A DNA stretch of 21,359 bases from NCBI RefSeq assembly GCF_006345805.1, contig NW_021823972.1, positions 1 through 21,359 of the forward strand. The letters are read 5' to 3'. A program made the translations under genes and the position numbers. The stretch comes from Octopus sinensis (Eukaryota). Positions within the stretch are counted from its first letter, which is position 1, and every line of letters starts with the position of its first letter. Positions 10,695 to 19,693 of this stretch are shown piece by piece. The notes under the pieces are model-generated. The model did not search any database and was not told the DNA's origin. It saw nothing but the letters and a program-made list of their open reading frames with translations.

Positions 10695-10845
10695 AAGCGA
10701 GAAAAAAAGAAAGAAAGAAAGAAAGAAGGAAGAAATAAAGAAAGAATGGAAGGAAGAAAGGGAGGAAGGAAGGAAGAGAAAGAATGAAAGAAAGGAAGTG
10801 GGAATGAAAGAATGGAAAGACAAGAAGGAAGGAAGGAAAGAAATA
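10695..10845. repeat. Polypurine (GAAA)n/(GGAA)n tract
   Basis: Almost exclusively G/A on the plus strand. Confidence 0.88.
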
Positions 10846-12122
10846 TACTATAACCAGAAACATACAAATGAGACGCAGAGAATGGTATGAGACCGTGGAA
10901 CTTTCTAGAGAATATTTTCTATCTAACATAATAATGGAGTTTACGGTTGGCTGCGTCCATTTGGATCTTTTCAAAGATTTATTTTTCAATTTTCGAATAA
11001 ACACCGCTTTTATTATCTCGGACACTATAAAAGAATCCCAGGGTGCTTTGCATGTTTGTCTTTCGGGTATTGGAGTAAATTTATTCAAAGCGATTTACAT
11101 ATCTTTTCATTTTCGTGTCCGATGTCCAAGAAAAAAAAAAAAAAAAAAAAAGAAACAAAAAAAAAGAAGAAAAATTTGCATAACAATAACCGTTTGTTTT
11201 CCTTGCTTTACCGCCGTCTCTTCCCCAATCCGAAGAACATTCGTTTTCTTTCTCGCCTTTTTCTTTCGTTTCCTTCTTGCTGTGATAACGTAGCGTTAAA
11301 TTCATAAAAATGTCATTTCCGTTTCACCTTTTATAAGTATAATATTTCGCTTTGTTTTCGTTATACGGTTTTGATCGCTTAATTAGGTTTCTTTCTTAAT
11401 TTCACGTGGGTTGTTTTACGTTTTCGCTTGGTTCTGTGTGGTTTAATAGTAGTAATAACAATGATCTTACCGTTTGATTGAAAACCCAAACAGTTCGTAC
11501 GTATCTCTCTTCTTCTTCTCTTTCTGTTCCCCCCTTTTTTTTCTCGCTCCCTCCCCATCCCATTCTCCTATTTCCTTTCCTTCTCGCTTTCTTTCTCTGC
11601 CATGTGCTGCATTGTCTCAAAATGCAACACGTCTTTAAATTCCTGCAGAGTTTAAAGAAACACACACACACACACACATGCACACACACACATTGAAAGT
11701 CCCATATTATGATTATGTTTGGAACAGAATCTTTCAGGTGAAAATAATCGGTTGATAACATCACGTAGACATTATAACAATATTCTAGAATCCACTAATT
11801 TTGATAACAATAAGCGTTCAATAATCTGTAACTATATACCGTGCGCGCGTGCACACACACACAGAGACGGCAACGGATCTCTGGTTCAGGAGTTCAACAA
11901 GTTTCACATCTGTTATGAAAAGAGCCTAACGGAAGAACCCATAAGAGAAATTCAGAGGGGCATTCTCTTCAAGAGTAGCAACCCGTCGCCATAATTTTCT
12001 TACCAACCCTTCTGATGAGTGCTGTCTTAGGTTATCACCTAAATTATGTGCGTAACCGACTGCTCAAATGGATCTTTAATACTAATACTAATTAGAATAA
12101 GTATTAATATAATCATTCTGTA

Positions 12123-12353
12123 AGGCGGCGAGCTGGCAGAAACGTTAGCACGCCGGGCGAAATGCTTTGCGGTATTTCGTCTGCCGCTACGTTCTGGGTT
12201 CAAATTCCGCGGAGGTCGACTTTGCCTTTCATCCTTTCGGGGTCGATTAAATAAGTACCAGTTACGCACTGGGGTCGATGTAATCGACTTACTCCGTTTG
12301 TCTGTCCTTGCTTGTCCCTTCTGTGTGTAGCCCCTTGTGGGTAATAAAGAAAT
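12123..12353 (+). mobile_element. Full-length tRNA-derived SINE, body type C with tail B
   Basis: GGCGGCGAGCTGGCAGAAACGTTAGCACGCCGGGCG..GGTTCAAATTCC..GTCGACTTTGCCTTTCATCCTTTCGGGGTCGATTAAATAAGTACC..tail ending GTAATAAAGAAATA. Confidence 0.92.
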
Positions 12354-12354
12354 A

Positions 12355-12447
12355 TATAGTAGAAGATATTTGCCGAAGGTGCCACACAGTGGGACTGAAC
12401 CCGGAACCATGTGGTTGGTAAGCAAGCTACTTACCACACAGCCACTC
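12355..12447 (-). mobile_element. 5' fragment of a type D SINE, tail-to-tail with the preceding copy
   Basis: Reverse complement matches 5165-5255 (GAGTGGCTGTGTGGTAAGTAG..CCACATGGTTCCGGGTTCAGTCCCACTG). Confidence 0.88.
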
Positions 12448-12689
12448 AAACTACTTTAGTTTTTCTGTGAAATAGAGTTCAGACTGGCATTATGAATTTT
12501 TAAATAGTATTGTTTAAAGTTGATCAATTAGTTTCGTATTTACATCTCTGTTGGACTTGCAATTTAAGGAGCAATTTTTCTTGGATCGTTATTGATATTT
12601 TGGAATATTCTGCTTCTGATAAGGCTAATATCAACATGTGATAGGGTCGTATCATCTATAGAATGTGGGTGTCGCTTCGTTGATAGACT

Positions 12690-12830
12690 GTAGAGTCACT
12701 TCTTTGATTACTACTGTGCATGACATATAGTGTAGGGTGGGTCACTCTTGTTTAATGTTGTATGTGAGATGGAGTATGTGGTTCACTTCAGAGTCAATTG
12801 TTGTACACGAAGCAGAGTGTAAGTTACCCT
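12690..12830 (-). mobile_element. Possible fossil of an I/Nimb-type LINE C-terminal region
   Basis: Frameshifted minus-strand translation gives HT..LT..LNKSDPPYTICHAQ, loosely like the GHTRLTHSYLLxKEDPPxCxxC motif. The similarity is weak. Confidence 0.25.
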
Positions 12831-13067
12831 GTTATTTGAGGTTGTTCGTTGGAAGGCTACTATGTTGCGTTTTGTCTGTGTTGTTCATTTAGCATTGAAG
12901 ACTTTCAGTCAATGAAACAAGTTTCTTATTCTAAAGAATTGAGCCCGAGGTAGGGGTGCTATGTAATGACGATAACAGCTAACCTTTGTTGTGATCCTAG
13001 TCTAAATATTTGCAACACATCAAACTCCTTGAAATGCATCCATTAGCTAGGAGATTCTTACTCTGAG

Positions 13068-13401
13068 ATCCCCTTTGGTCACGACACAGACCATGGGATT
13101 GCACCTAGAAAGTTACCCTCCCAGGCACAACTCCGGGCAAGGTTGTTTATGGAAGACCAGCAGTCGCCCATGCATACCGGCTTCCCCTCTCCATGCCACT
13201 GATGTTATCCAAGGGAAAGGCAAAGGAGCCGATACCGCTTGGCACCTGTGACGTCGCAACTCATTTCTACAGCTGAGTGAACTGGAGCAACGTGAAATAA
13301 AGTGTCTTGCTCAAGAACACAACACGCAGCCCGGTCCGGGATTCGAGCTCACAACCTCACGATCGTAAGCTCGACGCTCTAACCACCGACCCATGCGCCT
13401 T
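13068..13401 (-). mobile_element. Full-length tRNA-derived SINE with CORE-like body (type B)
   Basis: Minus strand: GTGGTTAGAGCGTCGAGC..GAGCTCGAATCCC..GTGTTCTTGAGCAAGACACTTTATTTCACGTTGCTCCAGTTCACTCAGCTG, followed by a distinct tail. Confidence 0.88.
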
Positions 13402-14193
13402 CATATGTAAGAGATACTTACTACTAAACCGATTACAAGATATCTCCCACAACGCAAAAAAGGAAGAACCAGACGAAGCCTTTACATAATCGTTAGATTC
13501 GCCAAAGGCAGTACCTCGGGCACGCTGACCTGTATTCGAACAACAATACATCAACAGACTATGGGGATGTGTGCTAAAATTATTGATTTTTTTTTTCACA
13601 ACTGCATCGATTCTTGTTTTGAGATTCGCCTGTGCCTGATATTTTCGTGTTATATGATTTTATGATTTGCATAATATATTGTCGTTAGCTATAACTCGCT
13701 TCCACGATGTTTGATGAATACCTGGTGATGTTTATGGTCTTCGGAAAAAAATAATTCCTGGTATATGAGGGAAAGATTTTTCATATAAAATGTCAACAGG
13801 AGATTAACTAAATTATGCTCACCTTCCTAAATATGTCAGTTCTAAGAAATGAATTAAGCTAGCTCAGTATCAATAATCGTGTCTAATATAGGTACAAAGA
13901 TGGAAATCTCGGGAAAGGGAACAAGCGATTGAATCGAATCGAACACATGACTTTATTTTATCAACTCCGGATGGAGGAAAATCAGAATTAATCACCGCAG
14001 GATTAGAACTCAGAACGTGAAGAAAAAAATAAAAAGGCAGAAAAATACCACCAGGTATTTTTTCCGACACGCTAAGATTCTAACTCGCCGCGCTCTCCTA
14101 ATTGTTTCTAGATTTTGGCACGAGGCCAGCATTTTGGTGGAGAACTGGTTAGTCGATGTAATTGATCTAGAAATTATTAGTAACGGAAGAAGT

Positions 14194-14501
14194 TGTTGTT
14201 GTTGTTGTTTGTTCCTTCGCGAGGCATGTCTGGCTCATAGGGCCAGTTTACAGGTTTCCTTGGCGTATAGGTTCCCTACCTGGACGGTACGCCGGTCCGT
14301 CGCAGGTGAGCTACAAGATGCAGGAGGAAAGAGTGAGAGAAAGTTGTGGCGAAAGAGTCAGCAGAGGTTCGCCATTACCTTCTGCCGGAGCCGCATGGAG
14401 CTTAGGTATTACGCTCATAAACTCACAGACATCGCCCGGTCTGAAATTCGAACCCGCGATCCCTCGACCGCTGCTCTAACCACTAGGCCATGTGCCTCCA
14501 C
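14194..14501 (-). mobile_element. Type A SINE variant with (CAA)n tail and 12-bp TSD
   Basis: TSD AACGGAAGAAGT at 14182-14193 and 14502-14513. The body AAGAGTGAGAGAAAGTTGTGG is shared with 16414-16801. Confidence 0.92.
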
Positions 14502-14545
14502 AACGGAAGAAGTATTAATACTAAAGCGTAATCTTTATATATAAT

Positions 14546-14876
14546 GAAGACACGCGACTTAGGGGTTAGGGTGTTCGGCTTACGATCGTAAAGTTATAAG
14601 TTCAAATCCCGCCACACATTGTGTCCTTGAGCAAAACACTTTATTCCACGTTGCTCCAGTCCACTCAGCTGGCAAAAATGAGAAGTACCTGTCTTTCAAA
14701 GGGGCCGATCTTATCAAACTTTGTTTCATGCTAACTCTCCCTGAGAACTACATTAAGTGTACACGTGTTTGTGGAGTGCTCATTCACATTAATTTCACCA
14801 GCGGACTGTTCCTTTGATCGGATCAACTGAAACACTCGTCATCGTAATCGACGGTGTGCCAGTAAAAAAAAAAAAA
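14546..14876 (+). mobile_element. Type B (CORE-like) SINE carrying the type A tail 1, with poly(A) and TSD
   Basis: TSD AATCTTTATAT at 14530-14540 and 14877-14887. Body TGTCCTTGAGCAAAACACTTTATTCCACGTTGCTCCAGTCCACTCAGCTG. Tail aligns with 18328-18510. Confidence 0.88.
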
Positions 14877-14924
14877 AATCTTTATATCCAATATTAACTT
14901 GTATGTGTTTTTAAAGCCACGAAT

Positions 14925-15080
14925 TGATCTAAAGTTTGACTGGAGTTAATGGTATCGACTACTTTTTATGTTAATCGATCCCAGAGACATGAAAGGTAAA
15001 GTTGACCTTGGCAGGATTTGAACTAAAAAAAAAAAAATGCATTTTTCTGACGCTCTAAAAATTCTGTTAATCCATCAGCA
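14925..15080 (-). mobile_element. Degenerate type C SINE
   Basis: ATGAAAGGTAAAGTTGACCTTGGCAGGATTTGAACT is the reverse complement of the type C core. Confidence 0.7.
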
Positions 15081-15104
15081 TTTTTAAAATATCTTTCTTG
15101 AGCC

Positions 15105-15317
15105 AAAGCGGTGAGCTGGCAGAAACGTTAGCATGCCGGGTGAAATGCTTAGCAGTATTTCGTCTGTCTTTATGCTCTCAGTTCAAATTCCGCCGAGGTC
15201 GACTTTGCCTTTCATCCTTTCGGGGACGATAAATTAAGTACCATTTGCGTACTGGGGTCGATCTAATCTACTGACCCCTCCCCCAAAATTTTGGGTCTTG
15301 TGCCTAGAGTAGAAAAG
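15105..15317 (+). mobile_element. Type C SINE with tail A
   Basis: Complete head, core and CCCCTCCCCCAAAATTTT..GTGCCTAGAGTAGAAAAG tail, flanked by AATATCTTTCTTGA(G/A)CC. Confidence 0.92.
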
Positions 15318-15334
15318 AATATCTTTCTTGAACC

Positions 15335-15642
15335 AAGGCGGCGAGCTGGCAGAAACGTTAGCACGCCGGGCGAAATGCTTAGCGGTATTTCGTCTGCCGT
15401 TACCTTCCGAGTTCAAATTCCGCCGAGGTCGACTTTGCCTTTCATCCTTTTGGGGTCGATAAATTAAGTACCAGTTACGCACTGGGGTTGATATAATCAA
15501 CTTAATCTGTTTGTCTGTCCTTGTTTGTCCCCTCTGTGTTTGGCACCTTGTGGGCAATAAAGAAATAAGAAACGCACTGGGGTCGATGTAATCGACAGGC
15601 CCCTCCCCCAAAATTTCGGGCGTTCTGCTTAGAGTAGGAAAG
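15335..15642 (+). mobile_element. Chimeric type C SINE (tail B followed by a repeated 3' core and tail A)
   Basis: ACGCACTGGGGT occurs at 15477 and 15572. The first is followed by tail B and the second by tail A. Confidence 0.88.
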
Positions 15643-15749
15643 AATATCTTTCTTGAGCCCTAAGTCACATAAGACCTGTCACCCGGCTTCCATGGTGTAT
15701 AAGTAAGTGAGATCACAACATTCCCTAAGAACAGGACTTCGGTTTGTTG

Positions 15750-15946
15750 TAGGATCCAACACCAGAAATTTTGAGGGGAAGGGGAAAAGTCGATAACGTC
15801 AAGCCTAGCGCTTTATTTTATTGTTTCCGAAGGGATGAAAGGTTAAGGTGACCTCGGCGGTTTTAGAACTCAGCACGTAAAGAACTGGACAAAATACCAC
15901 TAAACATTTTCCCATCGTTCTAACAATTCTTCTGGCTCGCCGCCTT
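15750..15946 (-). mobile_element. Degenerate type C SINE
   Basis: GGGATGAAAGG..GACCTCGGCGG..TTAGAACTCAG..CTGGCTCGCCGCCTTA. Confidence 0.8.
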
Positions 15947-15994
15947 AAACTACAACTCTTGCTCAAGGGCGAAAGATTATTATTGTTAATACCG

Positions 15995-16190
15995 GAAAAT
16001 ATTCTTTTCTACTCTAGGCAAAAGGCCCAAAATTTCTAGATCAATTACATCGACTAACCAGTTCTCCACCAAAATTGTTGGCCTCGTACCAAAATTAGAT
16101 CGATCTCAGTACGCAACTGGTATTTAATTTATCGACCCCGAAAGGATGAAAGGTAAAGTCCACCTCTGCGTAACTTGAACTCAGAACGCA
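15995..16190 (-). mobile_element. Head-truncated type C SINE with an internal inverted insertion
   Basis: Tail A (CTACTCTAGGCAAAAGGCCCAAAATTT) and core (TTTATCGACCCCGAAAGGATGAAAGG) are separated by 16031-16095. Confidence 0.82.
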
Positions 16191-16354
16191 GGGGTCCCAG
16201 ACGGACAGAAAGAATTTCGCTTCTATTATAAATAACAACTGATGATTTCTAGTTGGACACGAATCAGCACAACGACTAAAAGAAGTATAGTGATGCTAAT
16301 AATTGCTAAATATACAATATTTTTTCAAGATCTCGGTCTAAATAAGCTTTTCTT

Positions 16355-16958
16355 GTATTGGCAGAAGGTCAGCAATTTCTGGAGAAATGGTTGGGATTAT
16401 TCAATTACATCTAATAATAGGAGCACTCCGTCGGTTACGACGATGAGGGTCCCAGCTGATACGATCAACGGAACAGCCTGCTCGTGGAATTAACGTGCAA
16501 GTGGCTGAGCATTCCACAGACACGTGTACCCTTAACGTAGTTCTCGGGGATATTCAGCGTGACACAGAGAGTAACAAGGCCGGCCCTTTGAAATACAGGT
16601 ACAACAGAAACAGGAAGTAAGAGTGAGAGAAAGTTGTGGTGAAAGAGTACAGCAGGGATCACCACCATCCCCTGCCGGAGCCTCGTGGAGCTTAAGGTGT
16701 TTTCGCTCAATAAACACTCACAATGCCCAGTCTGGGAATCGAAACCGCGATCCTACGACCGCGAGTCCGCTGCCCTAACCACTGGGCCATTGCGCCTCCA
16801 CTCATTTACATCTACACCAGTGCTCAGCAGATACTTATTTTATCGACCCCGAAAAGATGAAAAGCAAAGTCGGCCTCGGTGAAATTAGAACTCAGATCGT
16901 AAAGAGAACGAAATGCCGCTAAACATTTTTCCCGGCGTGCTAACGATCCTACCACTTC
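16355..16958 (-). mobile_element. Older type C SINE split by the nested insertion 16414-16801
   Basis: Tail remnant GGCAGAAGGTCAGCAATTT at about 16360-16400. Core and head at 16815-16958. Confidence 0.72.
16414..16801 (-). mobile_element. Full-length type A SINE with tail 1 and 13-bp TSD
   Basis: Near-identical reverse complement of 18129-18514. TSD TCA(A/T)TTACATCTA at 16401-16413 and 16802-16814. Confidence 0.95.
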
Positions 16959-17129
16959 GATGGTTTAATCTTTTCCTGTATTAACAATAATAATCTTTCT
17001 CAGTGCACGTTCATGTCGCGTAAAGGGAGATAACTATACTATTTCACTTCCATTTCAATACATTAAAGATTTCTGTCTGTTTTTCCCTCTTGAATGTAAT
17101 TTTCTCTCACTCATTTTCTGTTTGTATTT

Positions 17130-17720
17130 GCTTCTCTCTCTCTCTCCCTCTCTCTCTCTCTGTGTCTCTGTCTGTCTGTCTGTCTATCTATCTGTCTCTC
17201 TGTCTGTCTCTCTCTCTCTGTCTCTCCCTCCGTCTCCCTCTCTGTGTGTCTCTGTCTATCTGTTTGTCTCTCTCTCTCTCTGCCTAACTCTCTCTGTGTC
17301 TGTCTATTTGTCTGTCTGTCTCTCTGGCTGTCTGTCTCTCTGTCTCTCTGTCTGTCTATCTCTCTGTCTGTCTTTCTCTCTCTCCGTCTCCCTCTCTGTG
17401 TGTCTCTGTCTATCTGTCTTTCTCCCTTTCTCTCTCCGCCTAACTCTCTCTGTCTGTCTATCTGTCTGTCTGTCTCTCTGTCTGTCTATCTGTCTGTCTG
17501 TCTCTCTGTCTGTCTATCTCTCTGTCTCTCTGTCTGTCTGTCTATCTCTCTGTCTGTCTTTCTCTCTCTCCGTCTCCCTCTCTGTGTGTCTCTGTCTATC
17601 TGTCTTTCTCCCTCTATCTCTGTGTCTGTCTATCTGTCTGTCTGTCTGTCTCTCTCCGTCTAACTCTCTATTTCCGTTTCTGTCTGTCTCCCTCTCTCAC
17701 TCAGTCTCCTTCTCTCTTTC
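17130..17720. repeat. CT-rich compound microsatellite with higher-order units
   Basis: CTCT/CTGT/CTAT mosaic. CCGTCTCCCTCTCTGTGTGTCTCTGTCTATCTGT recurs at 17230, 17384 and 17570. Confidence 0.93.
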
Positions 17721-17869
17721 CCATCAAAACCCCTGTATACTCTTTGTTTCTATATTATTGTTTAATATATAATTTGTAGGGAGTGAACTGATTACACCAA
17801 CCGCCCCCCCCCAGTATTTGCTCTTATTTTATTTTATCAACTCAGCAAAACTGGCCTGATAAATAAAGT

Positions 17870-17945
17870 TTTATGATCAAAATCAACCGTGATCGAATAG
17901 GTTTATGATCAAAATCAACCGTGATCGAATAGGTTTATGATCAAA
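17870..17945. repeat. Perfect 32-bp tandem repeat, about 2.4 copies
   Basis: TTTATGATCAAAATCAACCGTGATCGAATAGG at 17870-17901 and 17902-17933, with a partial copy to 17945. Confidence 0.95.
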
Positions 17946-18128
17946 GACATGCAAACCATGACTACCGTGTTATCTAGAATGTCATTTTGTATTACGAAAC
18001 ATATCCTTCTTTATTTTGGACAATACAATACAATTTGAGGGTTGTGCTAAACGGTTGTGCCAAAACGTGTCACACTCAGTGGGAAAGATCTTTGCATGAA
18101 TATTACTGAATGCGTTATTCACAGTAGT

Positions 18129-18514
18129 AGTGGAGGCGCAATGGCCCAGTGGTTAGGGCAGCGGACTCGCGGTCATAGGATCGCGGTTTCGATTCCCAGA
18201 CCGGGCGCTGTGAGTGTTTATTGAGCGAAAACACCTAAAAGCTCCACGAGGCTCCGGCAGGGGATGGTGGTGATCCCTGCTGTACTCTTTCACCACAACT
18301 TTCTCTCACTCTTACTTCCTGTTTCTGATGTACCTGTATTTCAAGGGGCCGGCCTTGTTACTCTCTGTGTCACGCTGAATATCCCCGAGGACTACGTTAA
18401 GGGTACACGTGTCTGTGGAGTGCTCAGCCACTTACACGTTAATTTCACGAGCAGGCTGTTCCGTTGATTCGGATCAACCGGAACCCTCATCGTCGTAACC
18501 GACGGAGTGCTTCC
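18129..18514 (+). mobile_element. Full-length type A tRNA-derived SINE (octopus OR1-like) with tail 1 and 12-bp TSD
   Basis: A box TGGCCCAGTGG and B box GGTTTCGATTCC. TSD ATTCACAGTAGT at 18117-18128 and 18515-18526. Confidence 0.95.
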
Positions 18515-18587
18515 ATTCACAGTAGTTCAAGAAAATCTATTTGGACTTCAAGGAAGGGGGAAAAAAAATAATAAAAACGCTAAAGGT

Positions 18588-18792
18588 ATGATCTGCCTCC
18601 GACAGATTCAGAAGATATCTGAGAAAATGGATGCGTAATTGTATGCGGTTTTCGTTGATTTTCCAAATGCGTTCGGACAAAGTGAGACGGTCGTGCTTGT
18701 AGCTGATGCTCAGAAGATTTGAATACATGCAAAAGTTGGCCCTTTTGATAGGCTCTACACATTTTGATACTACGGTGGTTATTCAAGTGAGG
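18588..18792 (+). pseudogene. RTE-clade LINE reverse transcriptase fragment (domains 2a-3)
   Basis: MICLRQIQKISEKMDA*LYAVFVDFPNAF..VRRSCL*LMLRRF..KLALLIGSTH matches the LRQLQEKxxEQxxPLYxxFVDFxKAFDxV..LWxxLxKF pattern. Confidence 0.82.
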
Positions 18793-18850
18793 TTAGGTGT
18801 CAGCTACGACGTTATTATCACTATATTTATCGTGGATAGGAGACATTTTT

Positions 18851-18962
18851 GCATGGTCATTTTGTCGGCACCTATTTGGCATTGCCATTTTGGCGGCACC
18901 TATTTGGCATTGTCATTTTGGCGGCACCTATTTGGCATGGTCGTTTTGGCGGCACCTATTTG
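18851..18962. repeat. 28-bp minisatellite, 4 copies
   Basis: GCAT(G/T)G(T/C)C(A/G)TTTTG(G/T)CGGCACCTATTTG at 18851, 18879, 18907 and 18935. Confidence 0.96.
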
Positions 18963-19044
18963 CCCTCTCCTTTCACAGTATTCCCCACTCTTTCCTCCTC
19001 TCTCTCTCTCTTTTTGTGGTTTATGTGTGTAAGCAAGTTTTTTT

Positions 19045-19440
19045 CAATATATATGATGAGTGGGGAAATGTTTATGTCAACCGTGTTGAATCAATTACTT
19101 GTAATGCCCTTCTCTCCTCTTTTTCTCACTCTTCTGATCTGTATGTGTATATCTTTGCGCGTGCGTCGTGTTTGTGTTTACTTCCGGTTTCAAGAAGTAC
19201 TGTCGCCGAACCACATTGAAAATCTCATTCCGATTTGTCGACGAGGTATTTAGCAAATCATCAGAAATTGTTCAAGGCGTCGCACTTCAAAGTTAAAACA
19301 GAGATCGTATATATTGTTAGTGAAAGACATATCATTTGCGGATGAGTTATATCGTTGTTCCGATGATATAATGCATACACTAAATAACAGAATTTAATAC
19401 ATACGTTATACAGTGTAGTCATTAAGTCGTTTTCTTTCAG
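19045..19440 (+). pseudogene. RTE-clade RT fragment, continuation (domains 4-5)
   Basis: Frameshifted translation: VLNQLLVMPFSPLF (GxxQGCVxSPxLF-like), KISFRFVDEVF (IRFRxDGxLF-like) and RRTSKLKQ..LVKDISFADE (LxRDLLFADD-like). Confidence 0.55.
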
Positions 19441-19489
19441 CAATCCTGCCGGCTCATCGCCTTAAAGTACTGCTAATATTACCAACCAT

Positions 19490-19693
19490 CTAAAGCAATG
19501 AGCGAGCATTTCAGGCAAAATGTTTAGCAGTATTTTGTCCGTCTTTACGTTCTGAGTTCAAATTCCACCGAGGTCGACTTTGCCTTTCATCGGGGGTGAT
19601 AAAATAAGTATCATTCAACTACTGGGGTTGAGGTAATCGACTTTCCCCTCTCTTGAAATTAGTGGCATGGATTTACAATTTGAAACTAATAAT
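19490..19693 (+). mobile_element. Degenerate type C SINE
   Basis: CTTTACGTTCTGAGTTCAAATTCCACCGAGGTCGACTTTGCCTTTCATC core. Confidence 0.85.

Noticed and set aside
10868-11293. 141-aa plus-strand ORF MRRREWYETVEL..
   Set aside because: No recognisable domain, it runs through a poly(A) tract, and there is no splice or codon evidence. It cannot be excluded as UTR sequence.
16236-16270. Other CTGATGA occurrences (about 16239 plus; about 3106 and 19258 minus)
   Set aside because: No correctly placed GAAA after a stem II. The 19258 one lies within the RT fossil.
17090-17772. 216-aa and overlapping Leu/Ser/Val/Cys-rich ORFs
   Set aside because: CT-rich microsatellite translations.
18129-18205. tRNA-like sequences at SINE heads (also 7955, 16730-16800, 19905-19980, 5741-5816)
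   Set aside because: A and B boxes are present but I could not form a proper acceptor stem or anticodon arm. They continue into SINE bodies bounded by TSDs, so they are not tRNA genes.
12039-18467. Moderately complex ORFs such as 12039-12449, 14017-14544, 15234-15611, 16465-16710 and 18264-18467
   Set aside because: They lie within multi-copy SINEs and recur between copies, so they are not independent genes.
18851-18962. CRISPR-like appearance of 28-bp repeats
   Set aside because: Units are directly adjacent with no unique spacers, in a eukaryotic context without cas genes.
19156-19250. NRF1-like TGCGCGTGCG and ETS-like ACTTCCGG motifs, and a possible 51-nt exon (AAG..GAG/GTATTT)
   Set aside because: The region is better explained as decayed RTE RT sequence, and short motifs alone are insufficient.
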